Shown: positions 1-8,498 of the stretch, piece by piece
How positions within the stretch are numbered: position 1 is the stretch's first letter
Layout: each line of letters opens with the position of its first letter
NCBI GenBank assembly: GCA_050015895.1
Contig: JBEKAN010000002.1
Span: 1 to 39,792 of the forward strand
Length of the DNA: 39,792 nt
Reading direction: 5' to 3'
Source of the DNA: Verrucomicrobiota bacterium
GTDB lineage: Bacteria; Verrucomicrobiota; Verrucomicrobiia; Limisphaerales; Palsa-1400
Program-made: the position numbers and the translations under genes
The notes under the pieces: generated by a model
The model's input: only the letters and a program-made list of their open reading frames with translations
Databases searched by the model: none
What the model was told of the DNA's origin: nothing

Positions 1-560
1 CGGAAGCGCACAGCAACCTGGGAAACGCGCTTCTGCAAAAAGGCAGAGTGGACGAAGCGATCAGCCACTGTCAAAAGGCCCTGCAAATCAACCCGAACTA
101 CGCGGACGCCCACAACAACCTCGGCACCGCTCTTCTGCGAAAAGGCGGAGTGGACGAAGCGATCACCCAATTCCAGGAGGCCCTGCGAAACAAGCCTGAC
201 CTCACGGAAGCCCACTGCAGCCTCGGCACCGCTCTTCAGCAAAAAGGAAAAGTGGATGAAGCGATCAGCCAGTACCAAGAGGCCCTGCAAATCAAGCCCG
301 ACTACTCGGAAGCCCACAACAACCTCGGCAACGCTCTTCTGCAAAAGGGAAAAGTGGATGAAGCGATCAGCCAATGCCAAAAGGCCCTGCAAACCAATCC
401 AGACTTCACGGAAGCGCATTGGAATCTCGGCAACGCTCTGCTGCAAAAGGGCAGAATGGACGAGGCGATCACCCAATACCAAGAGGTCCTACGAATCAAG
501 CCCGACCTCGCGGAAGCCCGCAACAACCTCGGCAGAGTCCTGGTCCTTAAAGGAGATTTG
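1..560 (+). repeat. Intragenic 102-nt periodic tandem repeats (one TPR unit per repeat)
   Basis: ggaaaagtggatgaagcgatcagcca occurs at 246 and again at 348, exactly 102 nt apart, and the flanking unit sequence is highly similar. The same periodicity recurs in the TPR blocks of the other seven genes. Confidence 0.8.
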
Positions 561-1121
561 GACGGGGCGATGGCCTGCTTCCAAAAAAGCACCACCATCA
601 ACCCGAACCAGGAGGAGGCCTGGTATTATCTCGGTATTCTCCTTCTGCAAAAGGGGGATTTCGACCAAGCGATTGTGTCCTGTCGCCAGGCGCTAAAAAT
701 CAACCCCCGCTCGGCCGACACTTACGACAATCTCGGTGTGGCTTTATCGCAGAAAGGGCAAGCCAAGGAGGCGATCGACGCCTGGCAAAAGGCCTTGGAA
801 ATCAAGCCGGACCAACTCCACGTCCTGAACAACCTGGCGTGGCTGCTGGCGACCACCCCCGACGCGTCGCTGCGCGACGGGGCAAAAGCCGTCGCGCTGG
901 CCAAGCAGGCCGACCAGTTGAGCGGGGGCGGCAATCCGATGGTCCTGCACACCCTGGCGGCAGCGCGCGCGGAGACGGGGGATTATGCGCTGGCGGCGAC
1001 CACCGCCCAGCGCGGCCTGGAGTTGGCGGTGGAGCAGAAGAACGACGCGCTGGCCGCGACATTGCAAAGGGAAGTCCAACTTTACGAGACAGGCAAGCCG
1101 GAGCGAGAGGCGCCTCCCTGA
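1..1121 (+). CDS. TPR-repeat protein, 3' part of a gene that begins upstream of the window (member of the tandem paralogue family)
   Basis: Frame 3 is open from base 3 (EAHSNLGNALLQKGRVDEAI...), so the tracked ORF 48..1121 is only an internal GTG. It holds about seven 34-aa TPR units (AEAHxNLGxALxxKGxxDEAIxxYQxALxIxPD), then the family C-terminal module NNLAWLLATTPDASLRDGAKAVALAKQADQLSGGGNP...LQREVQLYETGKPERE. Stop TGA at 1119-1121. Confidence 0.9.
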   Translation, partial: EAHSNLGNALLQKGRVDEAISHCQKALQINPNYADAHNNLGTALLRKGGVDEAITQFQEALRNKPDLTEAHCSLGTALQQKGKVDEAISQYQEALQIKPDYSEAHNNLGNALLQKGKVDEAISQCQKALQTNPDFTEAHWNLGNALLQKGRMDEAITQYQEVLRIKPDLAEARNNLGRVLVLKGDLDGAMACFQKSTTINPNQEEAWYYLGILLLQKGDFDQAIVSCRQALKINPRSADTYDNLGVALSQKGQAKEAIDAWQKALEIKPDQLHVLNNLAWLLATTPDASLRDGAKAVALAKQADQLSGGGNPMVLHTLAAARAETGDYALAATTAQRGLELAVEQKNDALAATLQREVQLYETGKPEREAPP

Positions 1122-1152
1122 GCGCGCAATTTGAGATTTGAAGGTTGCAACC

Positions 1153-3576
1153 ATGTCAGACAGCACTACAGAAGAGGGGAAAGCGGCGGCAAATGAAGGC
1201 GGGAGCCGCTGGACGCGCTGGGCCGTTTTGGGCGCCGTCTGCGCGCTGGTCGTCGGGTTTTACGCCTGGAGCGCCAAGTCGGGAGTGTTGGAGTTGACGG
1301 GGTCCGGGCCGCAGGACAGCTACTACAACCTGCAGGTGCGGGGGTTTCGCGACGGCCAGCTCAACGTGAAACGGGAGGCGCCCCCCGGCCTCGCCCAGCC
1401 CGGCGCCCCTGCCGCCCTGACTTGGGGGGACAATGTGATCGCTGGTTCCGCCGACCTGAGTTATTACAAGGGAAAACTCTATTTGTATTTTGGCGTCACC
1501 CCCGCGTTGCTGCTCTTCTGGCCGTATGCGGCGCTGACGGGCCATTATCTGGCGCACAAGGACGCGGTGGTGATTTTCTTCTCGGTGGGTTTTCTGGCGG
1601 GCGCGGGCCTGCTGTGCGCGGTGTGGCGGCGTTATTTCAAGGAAACCAGTCTTGGGGTCGTGGCGGCCGGGGCGCTGGCGCTCGGCCTGGCCAATCTGAC
1701 ACCGGCGATTTTGGAGGGTTGTGATGTTTATGAAGTGGCGATCAGTTGCGGGTATGCCCTAACCATGCTGGCGCTGGCGGGAGTTTGGGGGGCCTTGCAG
1801 AACGCGCGGCGACGGTTGTGCTGGCTGGCTGCGGCCAGTCTGGCCTACGGATTGGCCGTGGGGGCGCGCCCCTCGCTGTTGTTTGGGGCGGTGATTCTTC
1901 TGGTTCCCGTGGCGCAGGAGTGGCGGGAGAGACGCCGGGTGTGGCCCTTATTGCTGGCGGCAGGCGGCCCGATTGTGGCGATTGGGGTGGGGCTGATGGT
2001 TTACAACGCGTTGCGGTTTGACAATCCGCTGGAATTCGGCCAGCGCTACCAGTTGCCTGTCAGCGCGCATCAACAGTTCAGCCCACGCTTCTTCTGGTTC
2101 AATTTCCGGGTGGGTTTCCTCGAGCTGGCGCGTTGGAGTCTCCGTTTTCCCTTTGTGCATGACATTTCGCCGCCGACGCAGCCAACCCGCTATTTCGGTT
2201 TGGATCATCCCTTTGGAGTTTTGACCAATATGCCGGTGGTCTGGATGGCACTGGCCGCGCCGCTGGTCTGGCGGGGCTGGTCGGGGGAAGGGCGCTCCCC
2301 TTTGCGCTGGTTTTTCGGGGCGGTGGCTCTGCTTTTCGCGGTGTGCGCTCTGACCCTTTGTCTCCACGATTCCATGTACCTGCGCTATGAGTTGGAGTAT
2401 GCCTCCCCGCTGATGCTGCTGGCGGTCGTGGGCATTCTGGCTTTGGAGCGCGGCCTGCCGGGCCGGCCGGTTTGGCGGCGGGCCGCGCGCTGTGGTTGGG
2501 GTTTGTTGCTGGCCTTATCGGTGGCCTTCAACTTGTTTGCAAGCTTTCAATTACAGGCGGACACCCACACATTCTTCGGTGACGCCCTTCTGCAAAAGGG
2601 GAATGTGGACGAGGCGATCAGCCAATTCCAAACGGCCCTGCGAATCGAGCCGGACAACGCGTCCGCCCACAACAACCTCGGCAACGCCCTGGAGCAAAAG
2701 GGAAGATTGGACGAGGCGATCCTCCAATACCACAATTCGCTGCAACTCCAGCCGGAGCACGCGGAAACCTACTGCAACCTCGGCAACGCGCTTCTGAAAA
2801 AGGGCAGCGTGGAGGAAGCGATCCGCCAACTTCAAAAGGCCCTGCAAATCAAGCCGGACTTCGCGGCCGCGCGTTACAACTTGGGCAACGCCTTTCTGCA
2901 ATCGGGCAGTTTGGACGAGGCGATCACCCAATACCAGAAGGCCCTGGAAATCAATCTGGATTACGCGGACGCCCACCACAACCTGGGCACCGCTCTTTTG
3001 CGAAAGGGCAGAGTGGACGAAGCGATCACCCAATATCAAGATGCGCTGCAAATCAAGCCGGACCTTGAGGATGCCCGCCACAATCTGGGGATGGCTTATT
3101 TCCAAAAGGGGGATTTGGAGAAAGCCATTGAGTGCTATCAGGAGGCGATAAAAATCAACCCCCGCTCGGCGGACGCTTACGCCAATCTCGGCCTGGCATT
3201 CTTCAAGAAAAGGGAAATCAAGCAAGCCGTGGACACCTGGGAAAAGGCATTGGTAATCAAACCGGAGCAACTCTTTGTTCTCAACAATCTGGCGTGGTTG
3301 CTGGCGACAACCCCCGACGCGTCCCTGCGCGACGGGGCAAGAGCCGTCACGCTGGCCAAGCAGGCCGACCAGTTGGGCGGAAACAGCAATCCGATGATGC
3401 TGCACACGCTGGCGGCGGCGTACGCCGAGACGGGGGATTATGCGCTGGCGGCCGCGACCGCGCGGCGCGGTCTGGATTTGGCGGTGGAGCAAAAGAACAA
3501 CGCGCTGGCGGCGACGCTGCAAAGGGAAATCCAACTTTACGAGGCGCAAACGCCGCTCAGAGACGAGCCGCGGTAG
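1153..3576 (+). CDS. Type-A paralogue: about 12-TM membrane domain (GT-C-like, family unassigned) fused to a TPR block and the conserved C-terminal module
   Basis: ATG at 1153 (MSDSTTEEGK); the tracked ORF starts at TTG 1138. About 12 hydrophobic segments by eye. Acidic motif SGPQDSYYNL directly after TM1 and DLSYYKGKLYLYFGVTPALLLFWPY. TPR units begin near residue 480 (GDALLQKGNVDEAISQFQTALRIEPD...). The C-terminal module NNLAWLLATTPDASLRDGARAVTLAKQADQL is present. Stop TAG at 3574-3576. Confidence 0.85.
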   Translation: MSDSTTEEGKAAANEGGSRWTRWAVLGAVCALVVGFYAWSAKSGVLELTGSGPQDSYYNLQVRGFRDGQLNVKREAPPGLAQPGAPAALTWGDNVIAGSADLSYYKGKLYLYFGVTPALLLFWPYAALTGHYLAHKDAVVIFFSVGFLAGAGLLCAVWRRYFKETSLGVVAAGALALGLANLTPAILEGCDVYEVAISCGYALTMLALAGVWGALQNARRRLCWLAAASLAYGLAVGARPSLLFGAVILLVPVAQEWRERRRVWPLLLAAGGPIVAIGVGLMVYNALRFDNPLEFGQRYQLPVSAHQQFSPRFFWFNFRVGFLELARWSLRFPFVHDISPPTQPTRYFGLDHPFGVLTNMPVVWMALAAPLVWRGWSGEGRSPLRWFFGAVALLFAVCALTLCLHDSMYLRYELEYASPLMLLAVVGILALERGLPGRPVWRRAARCGWGLLLALSVAFNLFASFQLQADTHTFFGDALLQKGNVDEAISQFQTALRIEPDNASAHNNLGNALEQKGRLDEAILQYHNSLQLQPEHAETYCNLGNALLKKGSVEEAIRQLQKALQIKPDFAAARYNLGNAFLQSGSLDEAITQYQKALEINLDYADAHHNLGTALLRKGRVDEAITQYQDALQIKPDLEDARHNLGMAYFQKGDLEKAIECYQEAIKINPRSADAYANLGLAFFKKREIKQAVDTWEKALVIKPEQLFVLNNLAWLLATTPDASLRDGARAVTLAKQADQLGGNSNPMMLHTLAAAYAETGDYALAAATARRGLDLAVEQKNNALAATLQREIQLYEAQTPLRDEPR

Positions 3577-3606
3577 GAAGGCTGTTTCAAACGTGAAAGG
3601 AGAAAT

Positions 3607-6054
3607 TTGAAAACCGGCGGCACACCAGAAGAAAAAAAGGGGGCGGCAATTGGAGGCGGGATCGGATGGACGCGCCGCGCCGTCCTGGGCGCGGTCTGCG
3701 CGGCGGTCATCGGGGTTTATGCCTGGAGCGCGCACCCGGGATTTGTGGAGTCCTTGGGATCGGGCGCGGAGGACCACTACTACAATCTGCTGGTGCGGGG
3801 TTTTCGGGAGGGCCAACTGAACGTGAAACTGGAGGCGCCGCCCGGACTGGCGCGGACTGGCGGGACCACGGACGGGAGGATCGAACGCAACCGGTCCGGC
3901 GATCCGGGATTGGACACGGACCGGCTGGTGGACCTGAGTTATTACAAAGGGAAACTGTATCTGTTTTTTGGGGCGACCCCCGCGCTGGTACTGTTCTGGC
4001 CGTATGCGGCGGTGACCGGCCATTATCTGGCGCACAAGGACGCGGTGGTGATTTTTTTCTCGGTGGGATTTCTGGCGGGCGCGGGTCTGCTGTGCGCGGT
4101 GTGGCGGCGTTGTTTCAAGGAAACAAGCTTCGGGTTGCTGGTGTGCGGCACATTGGCTCTGGGTCTGGCCAATTTGGCACCGGCGATATTGGGTCGGAGT
4201 GATGTGTATGTAGTGGCGATCAGTTGCGGGTATGCGCTGACGATGCTGGCGCTGGCCGGGGTTTGGGGCGCGTTGGAGGACGCGGGGCGTCGTTGGCTCT
4301 GGCTGGCGGCGGCCAGTCTGGCCTACGGCCTGGCCTTGGGGGCGCGCCCCGGTCTGTTGTTTGGGGCGGTCATCCTGCTGGTTCCCGTGGCGAAGGCGTG
4401 GCAGGAGAGGCGTTCGGTGTGGCGGTTGTTGCCGGCGGCGGGCGGCCCGGTTGTTTTGATGGGGCTGGGGATCCTGGTTTACAACGCGATGCGTTTCGAC
4501 CACGCGCTGGAATTCGGGCAGCGCTACCAACTACCGATCACCGCGCACCACCAGTTCAGTCCGAGCTACCTCTGGTTCAATTTCCGGGTTGGTTTTCTGG
4601 AGGCGGCGAACTGGACCCGTGGGGTTCCCTTCGTGTATGACATGAATCTGCCGGCGCAGCCGAGCCGCTATTTCGGTGTGGATCATCCCTTTGGAGTTCT
4701 GACCAACATCCCGGTGGTCTGGCTGGCGCTGGCGGCGCCGCTGGCGTGGCGCGGCCGGTCGGGGGAGGAGCGATCCCTGTTGCGCTGGTTTTCCGGGGCG
4801 GTGGCTCTGCTATTCGGGACCTGCGCCCTGACGCTGTGTCTCCACGATTCCATGTGTCTGCGCTACGAGTTGGAGTATGCGTCCCCGCTGGTCTTGCTGG
4901 CGGTCATTGGCCTTCTTGGTTTGGAGCGCACCCTGGCCGGGCAACCGGTTTGGCGACAAGCCGCCCGGTGCGGTTGGGGTTTGTTGCTGGTCTTTTCAGC
5001 GGCGTTCAACTTGTTGGCGAACTTCAACTTGCAAGCGGACGTCCACCTCGGGAGCGGGATAATGTTTCTGAAATCGGGCAAAGCGGAGGAAGCGATCGCC
5101 CAGTACCAAACGGCCCTGCAACTGGACCCGGGCTACGCGGAAGCCCACTACGACCTCGGCAACGCTCTCCGGCAAAAAGGCGGGTTGGACCTAGCGATCA
5201 CCCAATATCACGCGGCGCTGCAAATCAAGCCGGACTACACGGAAGCCCACAACAACCTGGGCAATGCTCTGCTCGCAAAGGGAGATCTGGAGGAGGCGAT
5301 CGCGGAATACCGCAAGGCCTCGCAAACCGATCCCGGCAACGCCCAATTCCACCTCAATTTGGGTCTTGCTCTTTCGGCCAGTGGAGATGTGAATGGAGCC
5401 ATCGCGCAATACCGGGACGTGCTGGCCATCCAGCCCAATTTCGCCGCCGTCCGCGACAACCTGGGCAGTGCTCTTCTCCTGAAAGGAGATGTGGACGGGG
5501 CGATCGCCTGTTTCAAAGAAACCGCCGCCATGAACCCGGACCAGGAGGAGGCGTGGTATAATCTCGGCAACGCCCTCCTGCAAAAGGGGGATTTGGACCC
5601 AGCCATCGCGTCGTTTCGCAAGGCGCTCCAAATCGCCCCCCGCTCGGCGGAGGCTTGCGGCAACCTCGGGGTGGCTCTGTTCCAGAAAGGGGAGACCCGG
5701 GAGGCGATGGACTCCTGGCAGAAGGCGCTGGAAATCCAGCCCGACCAAGTCAACGCCCTGGTCAACTTCGCCTGGTCTCTGGCGACGACCCCCGACGCCA
5801 CACTGCGGGATGGGGCGAAAGCCGTGGCGCTGGCCGGGCGGGCCAGCCAATTGAGCGGGGGCGGCAATCCGGCCATATTGCGCATACTGGCGGCGGCTTA
5901 CGCGGAAGAGGGAAACTACGAGCGGGCGGCAGGGACGGCCCGGCGCGCCGCGGAGTTGGCGGCGGGTCAAAAGAACCAGACGCTGGCCGCCACGCTGCAA
6001 CAGGAGATCAAACTCTACGAGGCGGGCAAGCCGGCGCTGGGAGCGCGGCCGTGA
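3607..6054 (+). CDS. Type-A paralogue (second copy): 12-TM GT-C-like domain plus TPR block plus conserved C-terminal module
   Basis: TTG start at 3607, 4 nt after AAGGAG (3597-3602). Long identical stretches with the previous gene (HYLAHKDAVVIFFSVGFLAGAGLLCAVWRR, DLSYYKGKLYLFFGATPALVLFWPY, SGAEDHYYNL). TPR units and the module FAWSLATTPDATLRDGAKAVALAGRASQLSGGGNP are present. Stop TGA at 6052-6054. Confidence 0.85.
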   Translation: MKTGGTPEEKKGAAIGGGIGWTRRAVLGAVCAAVIGVYAWSAHPGFVESLGSGAEDHYYNLLVRGFREGQLNVKLEAPPGLARTGGTTDGRIERNRSGDPGLDTDRLVDLSYYKGKLYLFFGATPALVLFWPYAAVTGHYLAHKDAVVIFFSVGFLAGAGLLCAVWRRCFKETSFGLLVCGTLALGLANLAPAILGRSDVYVVAISCGYALTMLALAGVWGALEDAGRRWLWLAAASLAYGLALGARPGLLFGAVILLVPVAKAWQERRSVWRLLPAAGGPVVLMGLGILVYNAMRFDHALEFGQRYQLPITAHHQFSPSYLWFNFRVGFLEAANWTRGVPFVYDMNLPAQPSRYFGVDHPFGVLTNIPVVWLALAAPLAWRGRSGEERSLLRWFSGAVALLFGTCALTLCLHDSMCLRYELEYASPLVLLAVIGLLGLERTLAGQPVWRQAARCGWGLLLVFSAAFNLLANFNLQADVHLGSGIMFLKSGKAEEAIAQYQTALQLDPGYAEAHYDLGNALRQKGGLDLAITQYHAALQIKPDYTEAHNNLGNALLAKGDLEEAIAEYRKASQTDPGNAQFHLNLGLALSASGDVNGAIAQYRDVLAIQPNFAAVRDNLGSALLLKGDVDGAIACFKETAAMNPDQEEAWYNLGNALLQKGDLDPAIASFRKALQIAPRSAEACGNLGVALFQKGETREAMDSWQKALEIQPDQVNALVNFAWSLATTPDATLRDGAKAVALAGRASQLSGGGNPAILRILAAAYAEEGNYERAAGTARRAAELAAGQKNQTLAATLQQEIKLYEAGKPALGARP

Positions 6055-8498
6055 GCGGAAAATATGAAAGCGGAAACTTGAAACCAGCAATCTCCAAAAC
6101 AACCTCGGACGGAAAAAGCGCGCAAGCCTTGCCGGTGGTGTGCGTTTGCGTTTTTCTGGCGCTGGCGGTTCTGGCTGTGTTTGGACAAACGGGGCGGTTC
6201 GAGTTTGTGAATTATGACGACCCGGAGAATGTGTATGAAAACCCGGTGGTGCAAAAGGGGTTGTCCGCGCACGCGGTGGGCTGGGCCTTCACGCACACGC
6301 AACTCGCAAACTGGATTCCTCTGACCACTCTTTCCCATATCCTGGACTGCCAGCTCTTCGGGTTGAACGCGGGCGGGCATCACCTGGTCAATGTGTTCTG
6401 GCACGCCGCCAGCGCGGTGCTGCTCTTCCTGGTGTTGCGGCGGATGACCGGCGGCCTATGGCGGAGCGCGTTTGTGTCGGCGGTGTTCGCCGTCCACCCG
6501 CTGAGGGCGGAGTCGGTGGCGTGGGTGTCGGAGCGCAAGGACGTGCTGAGCGCGTTTTTCTTCATGTTGACAATCGGGGCTTATGTGGGGTACGTGGAAA
6601 AGCAGAAAGCAGAAACTAGAAAGCAGAAATTTTATTATGCGCTGGCTGTGGTGTTTTTCGCGCTGGGTCTGATGGCGAAGAGCATGGTGGCCACGCTGCC
6701 CTTCGTGCTGTTGCTTCTGGATTACTGGCCGCTGGGAAGGATGAGGGGAATGAAGAATTCAGAAATTAGAACGCAGAATGGGGAAAGCAAAGAGCGGAAA
6801 GCAGATGGAGGAGAGGAGGGAGGCGAGGGGGTTCCGTTTTGGGGGTTGGTGAGGGAGAAGATTCCGCTGTTCGCGCTGGGCGCGGCGGCGTGCGCGGCGG
6901 CGGCCCTGGCGCCGGGACTGGTGGTGACAAAGCACATCCACGGGCTTCCGCTCCTGGAGCGCATCGGCAACGCCCTGGTTTCCTATGTGGTGTATCTGCG
7001 GCAAATGGTTTTCCCGGCGCGATTGGCCATCCCTTATCCGTTGGTCCCAAACGGTCAGCCGCCCTGGAAAGTCTGCCTGGCGTTTGCGGCGCTGGCGGCC
7101 ATCTCCGCCGCGGTGGTGGCCTGCCGGAAGAAGCGCCCCTGGCTGCTGACGGGCTGGCTCTGGTATGTGGGAATGCTGGCGCCGGTCATTGGGATCGTCC
7201 AAATCTCCTCCGACGCCGCCCATGCCGACCGGTACACCTATCTGCCCGGCATCGGTTTGGTTGTGGCGGCGACGTGGGCCTTGGCGGATTGGGGCGCGGG
7301 CTGGAAATATCGGCGCGGGATCTTTGGCGTTTTGATGGTGGCGGTGATTGGCGCGCTGCTGGTATTCGCATGTATCCAGGCTTCCTATTGGAAAAAGGGC
7401 GAAACGCTGTGGAATCGCGCGCTGGAATGCACCACCGGCAACAGCACCGCCCATAACAACCTGGGGGTGTGCTACGACCACGAGGGAAAGCTGGAGGACG
7501 CCATCGCGCAATACAAACTGGCTGTGGGAATCAAGCCCGATTACTGGGACGCCCATTTCAACATGGGAGTTGTTCTTGTCAAGAAGAGCGACACGGATGG
7601 GGCCATCGCGGAATACCAGAAGGCCGTGGAGATCAACCCCGACTACATGGAAGCGCACCTCGGCCTGGGCAATGCTCTGGCGCTCAAGGGCGAAGTGGCG
7701 GAAGCCATCGCGCAATACCAACAAGCCCTGGCGATCGCCCCCGACGACGCCGACGCCCGCTACAACCTGGGCAACGCCCTTGTCCAGCATGGCAAAGTGG
7801 ACGATGCAGTGGCCCAATACCGCAAGGCGCTGGAGATCAAACCCGATTACCTGCAAGCCCGCTCCAACCTGGGCAATGCTCTCAAGCTCCAGGGGGATCT
7901 GGAAGGGGCAATCGCGGAATACCGGAAAGTGCTCGATCTGAACCCGGCATACGAAAAAGCCCGCGACAATTTGGCGTTTACTCTTCTATCGAAAGGAGAT
8001 GTGGAGGGAGCCATTGTGTGCTATCAGCAGGGGATCAAAATCAACCCGCGCTCGGCGGACGCCTGGGCCAATCTGGGCCTGGCTTTCTTCAAGGAAGGGC
8101 AAACCCGGGAGGCCGTGGACGCCTGGCAAAAGGCCCTGAAAATCAAGCCCGACCAACTCTACGTTCTGAACAACCTGGCGTGGTTGCTGGCCACGACGCC
8201 CGACTCCGCCCTCCGCGACGGGGCCAAAGCCGTCGCGCTGGCCAAAGAGGCCGGACAGTTGGGCGGGGACGCCAATCCGATGATCCAGCACACCCTGGCG
8301 GCGGCTTACGCCGAGACGGGGAATTACGGGCTGGCGGCCGCCACGGCCCAGCGCGGTTTGGAGCTGGCGGTGGAGCAAAAGAACGACAAGCTGGCCGCCA
8401 CGTTGCAAAAGGAAATCCAACTCTACCAGGCGGGCAAGCCGGCGCGGGAGAGCACCCCGCAGGCAAGCCCTCCAACCGCGCCGGACGCGCCGCGGTGA
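6051..8498 (+). CDS. Type-B (alpha subtype) paralogue: TMTC/DUF1736-like GT-C membrane domain plus TPR block plus conserved C-terminal module
   Basis: The body frame is open from GTG 6051, which overlaps the upstream stop as GTGA. An alternative start is TTG 6078 (LKPAISK). Motifs: FEFVNYDDPENVYENP (first-loop DD), GGHHLVNVFWHAASAVLLFLVLRRMTG, and AVHPLRAESVAWVSERKDVLSAFFF (DUF1736/TMTC signature). TPRs run from about NSTAHNNLGVCYDHEGKLEDAI. The part of tracked ORF 5655..8498 upstream of 6051 is an out-of-frame reading of the previous gene. Confidence 0.85.
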   Translation: MSGKYESGNLKPAISKTTSDGKSAQALPVVCVCVFLALAVLAVFGQTGRFEFVNYDDPENVYENPVVQKGLSAHAVGWAFTHTQLANWIPLTTLSHILDCQLFGLNAGGHHLVNVFWHAASAVLLFLVLRRMTGGLWRSAFVSAVFAVHPLRAESVAWVSERKDVLSAFFFMLTIGAYVGYVEKQKAETRKQKFYYALAVVFFALGLMAKSMVATLPFVLLLLDYWPLGRMRGMKNSEIRTQNGESKERKADGGEEGGEGVPFWGLVREKIPLFALGAAACAAAALAPGLVVTKHIHGLPLLERIGNALVSYVVYLRQMVFPARLAIPYPLVPNGQPPWKVCLAFAALAAISAAVVACRKKRPWLLTGWLWYVGMLAPVIGIVQISSDAAHADRYTYLPGIGLVVAATWALADWGAGWKYRRGIFGVLMVAVIGALLVFACIQASYWKKGETLWNRALECTTGNSTAHNNLGVCYDHEGKLEDAIAQYKLAVGIKPDYWDAHFNMGVVLVKKSDTDGAIAEYQKAVEINPDYMEAHLGLGNALALKGEVAEAIAQYQQALAIAPDDADARYNLGNALVQHGKVDDAVAQYRKALEIKPDYLQARSNLGNALKLQGDLEGAIAEYRKVLDLNPAYEKARDNLAFTLLSKGDVEGAIVCYQQGIKINPRSADAWANLGLAFFKEGQTREAVDAWQKALKIKPDQLYVLNNLAWLLATTPDSALRDGAKAVALAKEAGQLGGDANPMIQHTLAAAYAETGNYGLAAATAQRGLELAVEQKNDKLAATLQKEIQLYQAGKPARESTPQASPPTAPDAPR
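6600..6627 (+). repeat. Heptanucleotide tandem repeat AAGCAGA x4 (third copy AACTAGA) inside a type-B loop
   Basis: Read directly: aagcaga aagcaga aactaga aagcaga, encoding KQKAETRKQK. A 2-copy version lies at 11868-11881. Confidence 0.85.
6748..6781 (+). repeat. AT-rich degenerate heptamer tract (GAATNNA)x5, diverged copy, in the loop after LLLLDYWPLGR
   Basis: gaatgaa gaattca gaaatta gaacgca gaatgg, encoding GMKNSEIRTQNGE. Confidence 0.8.

Noticed and set aside
2551-4530. Very long antisense ORFs inside the TPR array (2551..4530, 5191..6102, 6759..7856, 9188..11119, 11842..13569, 14574..15866, 16538..17662, all minus strand).
   Set aside because: They are Arg/Gly/Pro/Gln-rich low-complexity translations typical of the reverse frames of high-GC genes. 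They cross the boundaries of well-supported plus-strand genes, and their apparent repeats only mirror the TPR periodicity. I saw no independent coding signal.
5655-6050. N-terminal extensions of tracked ORFs 5655..8498, 7469..11071 and 12894..15785, which would give 950-1200-aa proteins overlapping the preceding paralogue by 0.4-1 kb.
   Set aside because: The extensions are out-of-frame Arg/Gly/Pro-rich readings of the upstream TPR block. The homologous paralogues start at the conserved junction just before the first TM segment.
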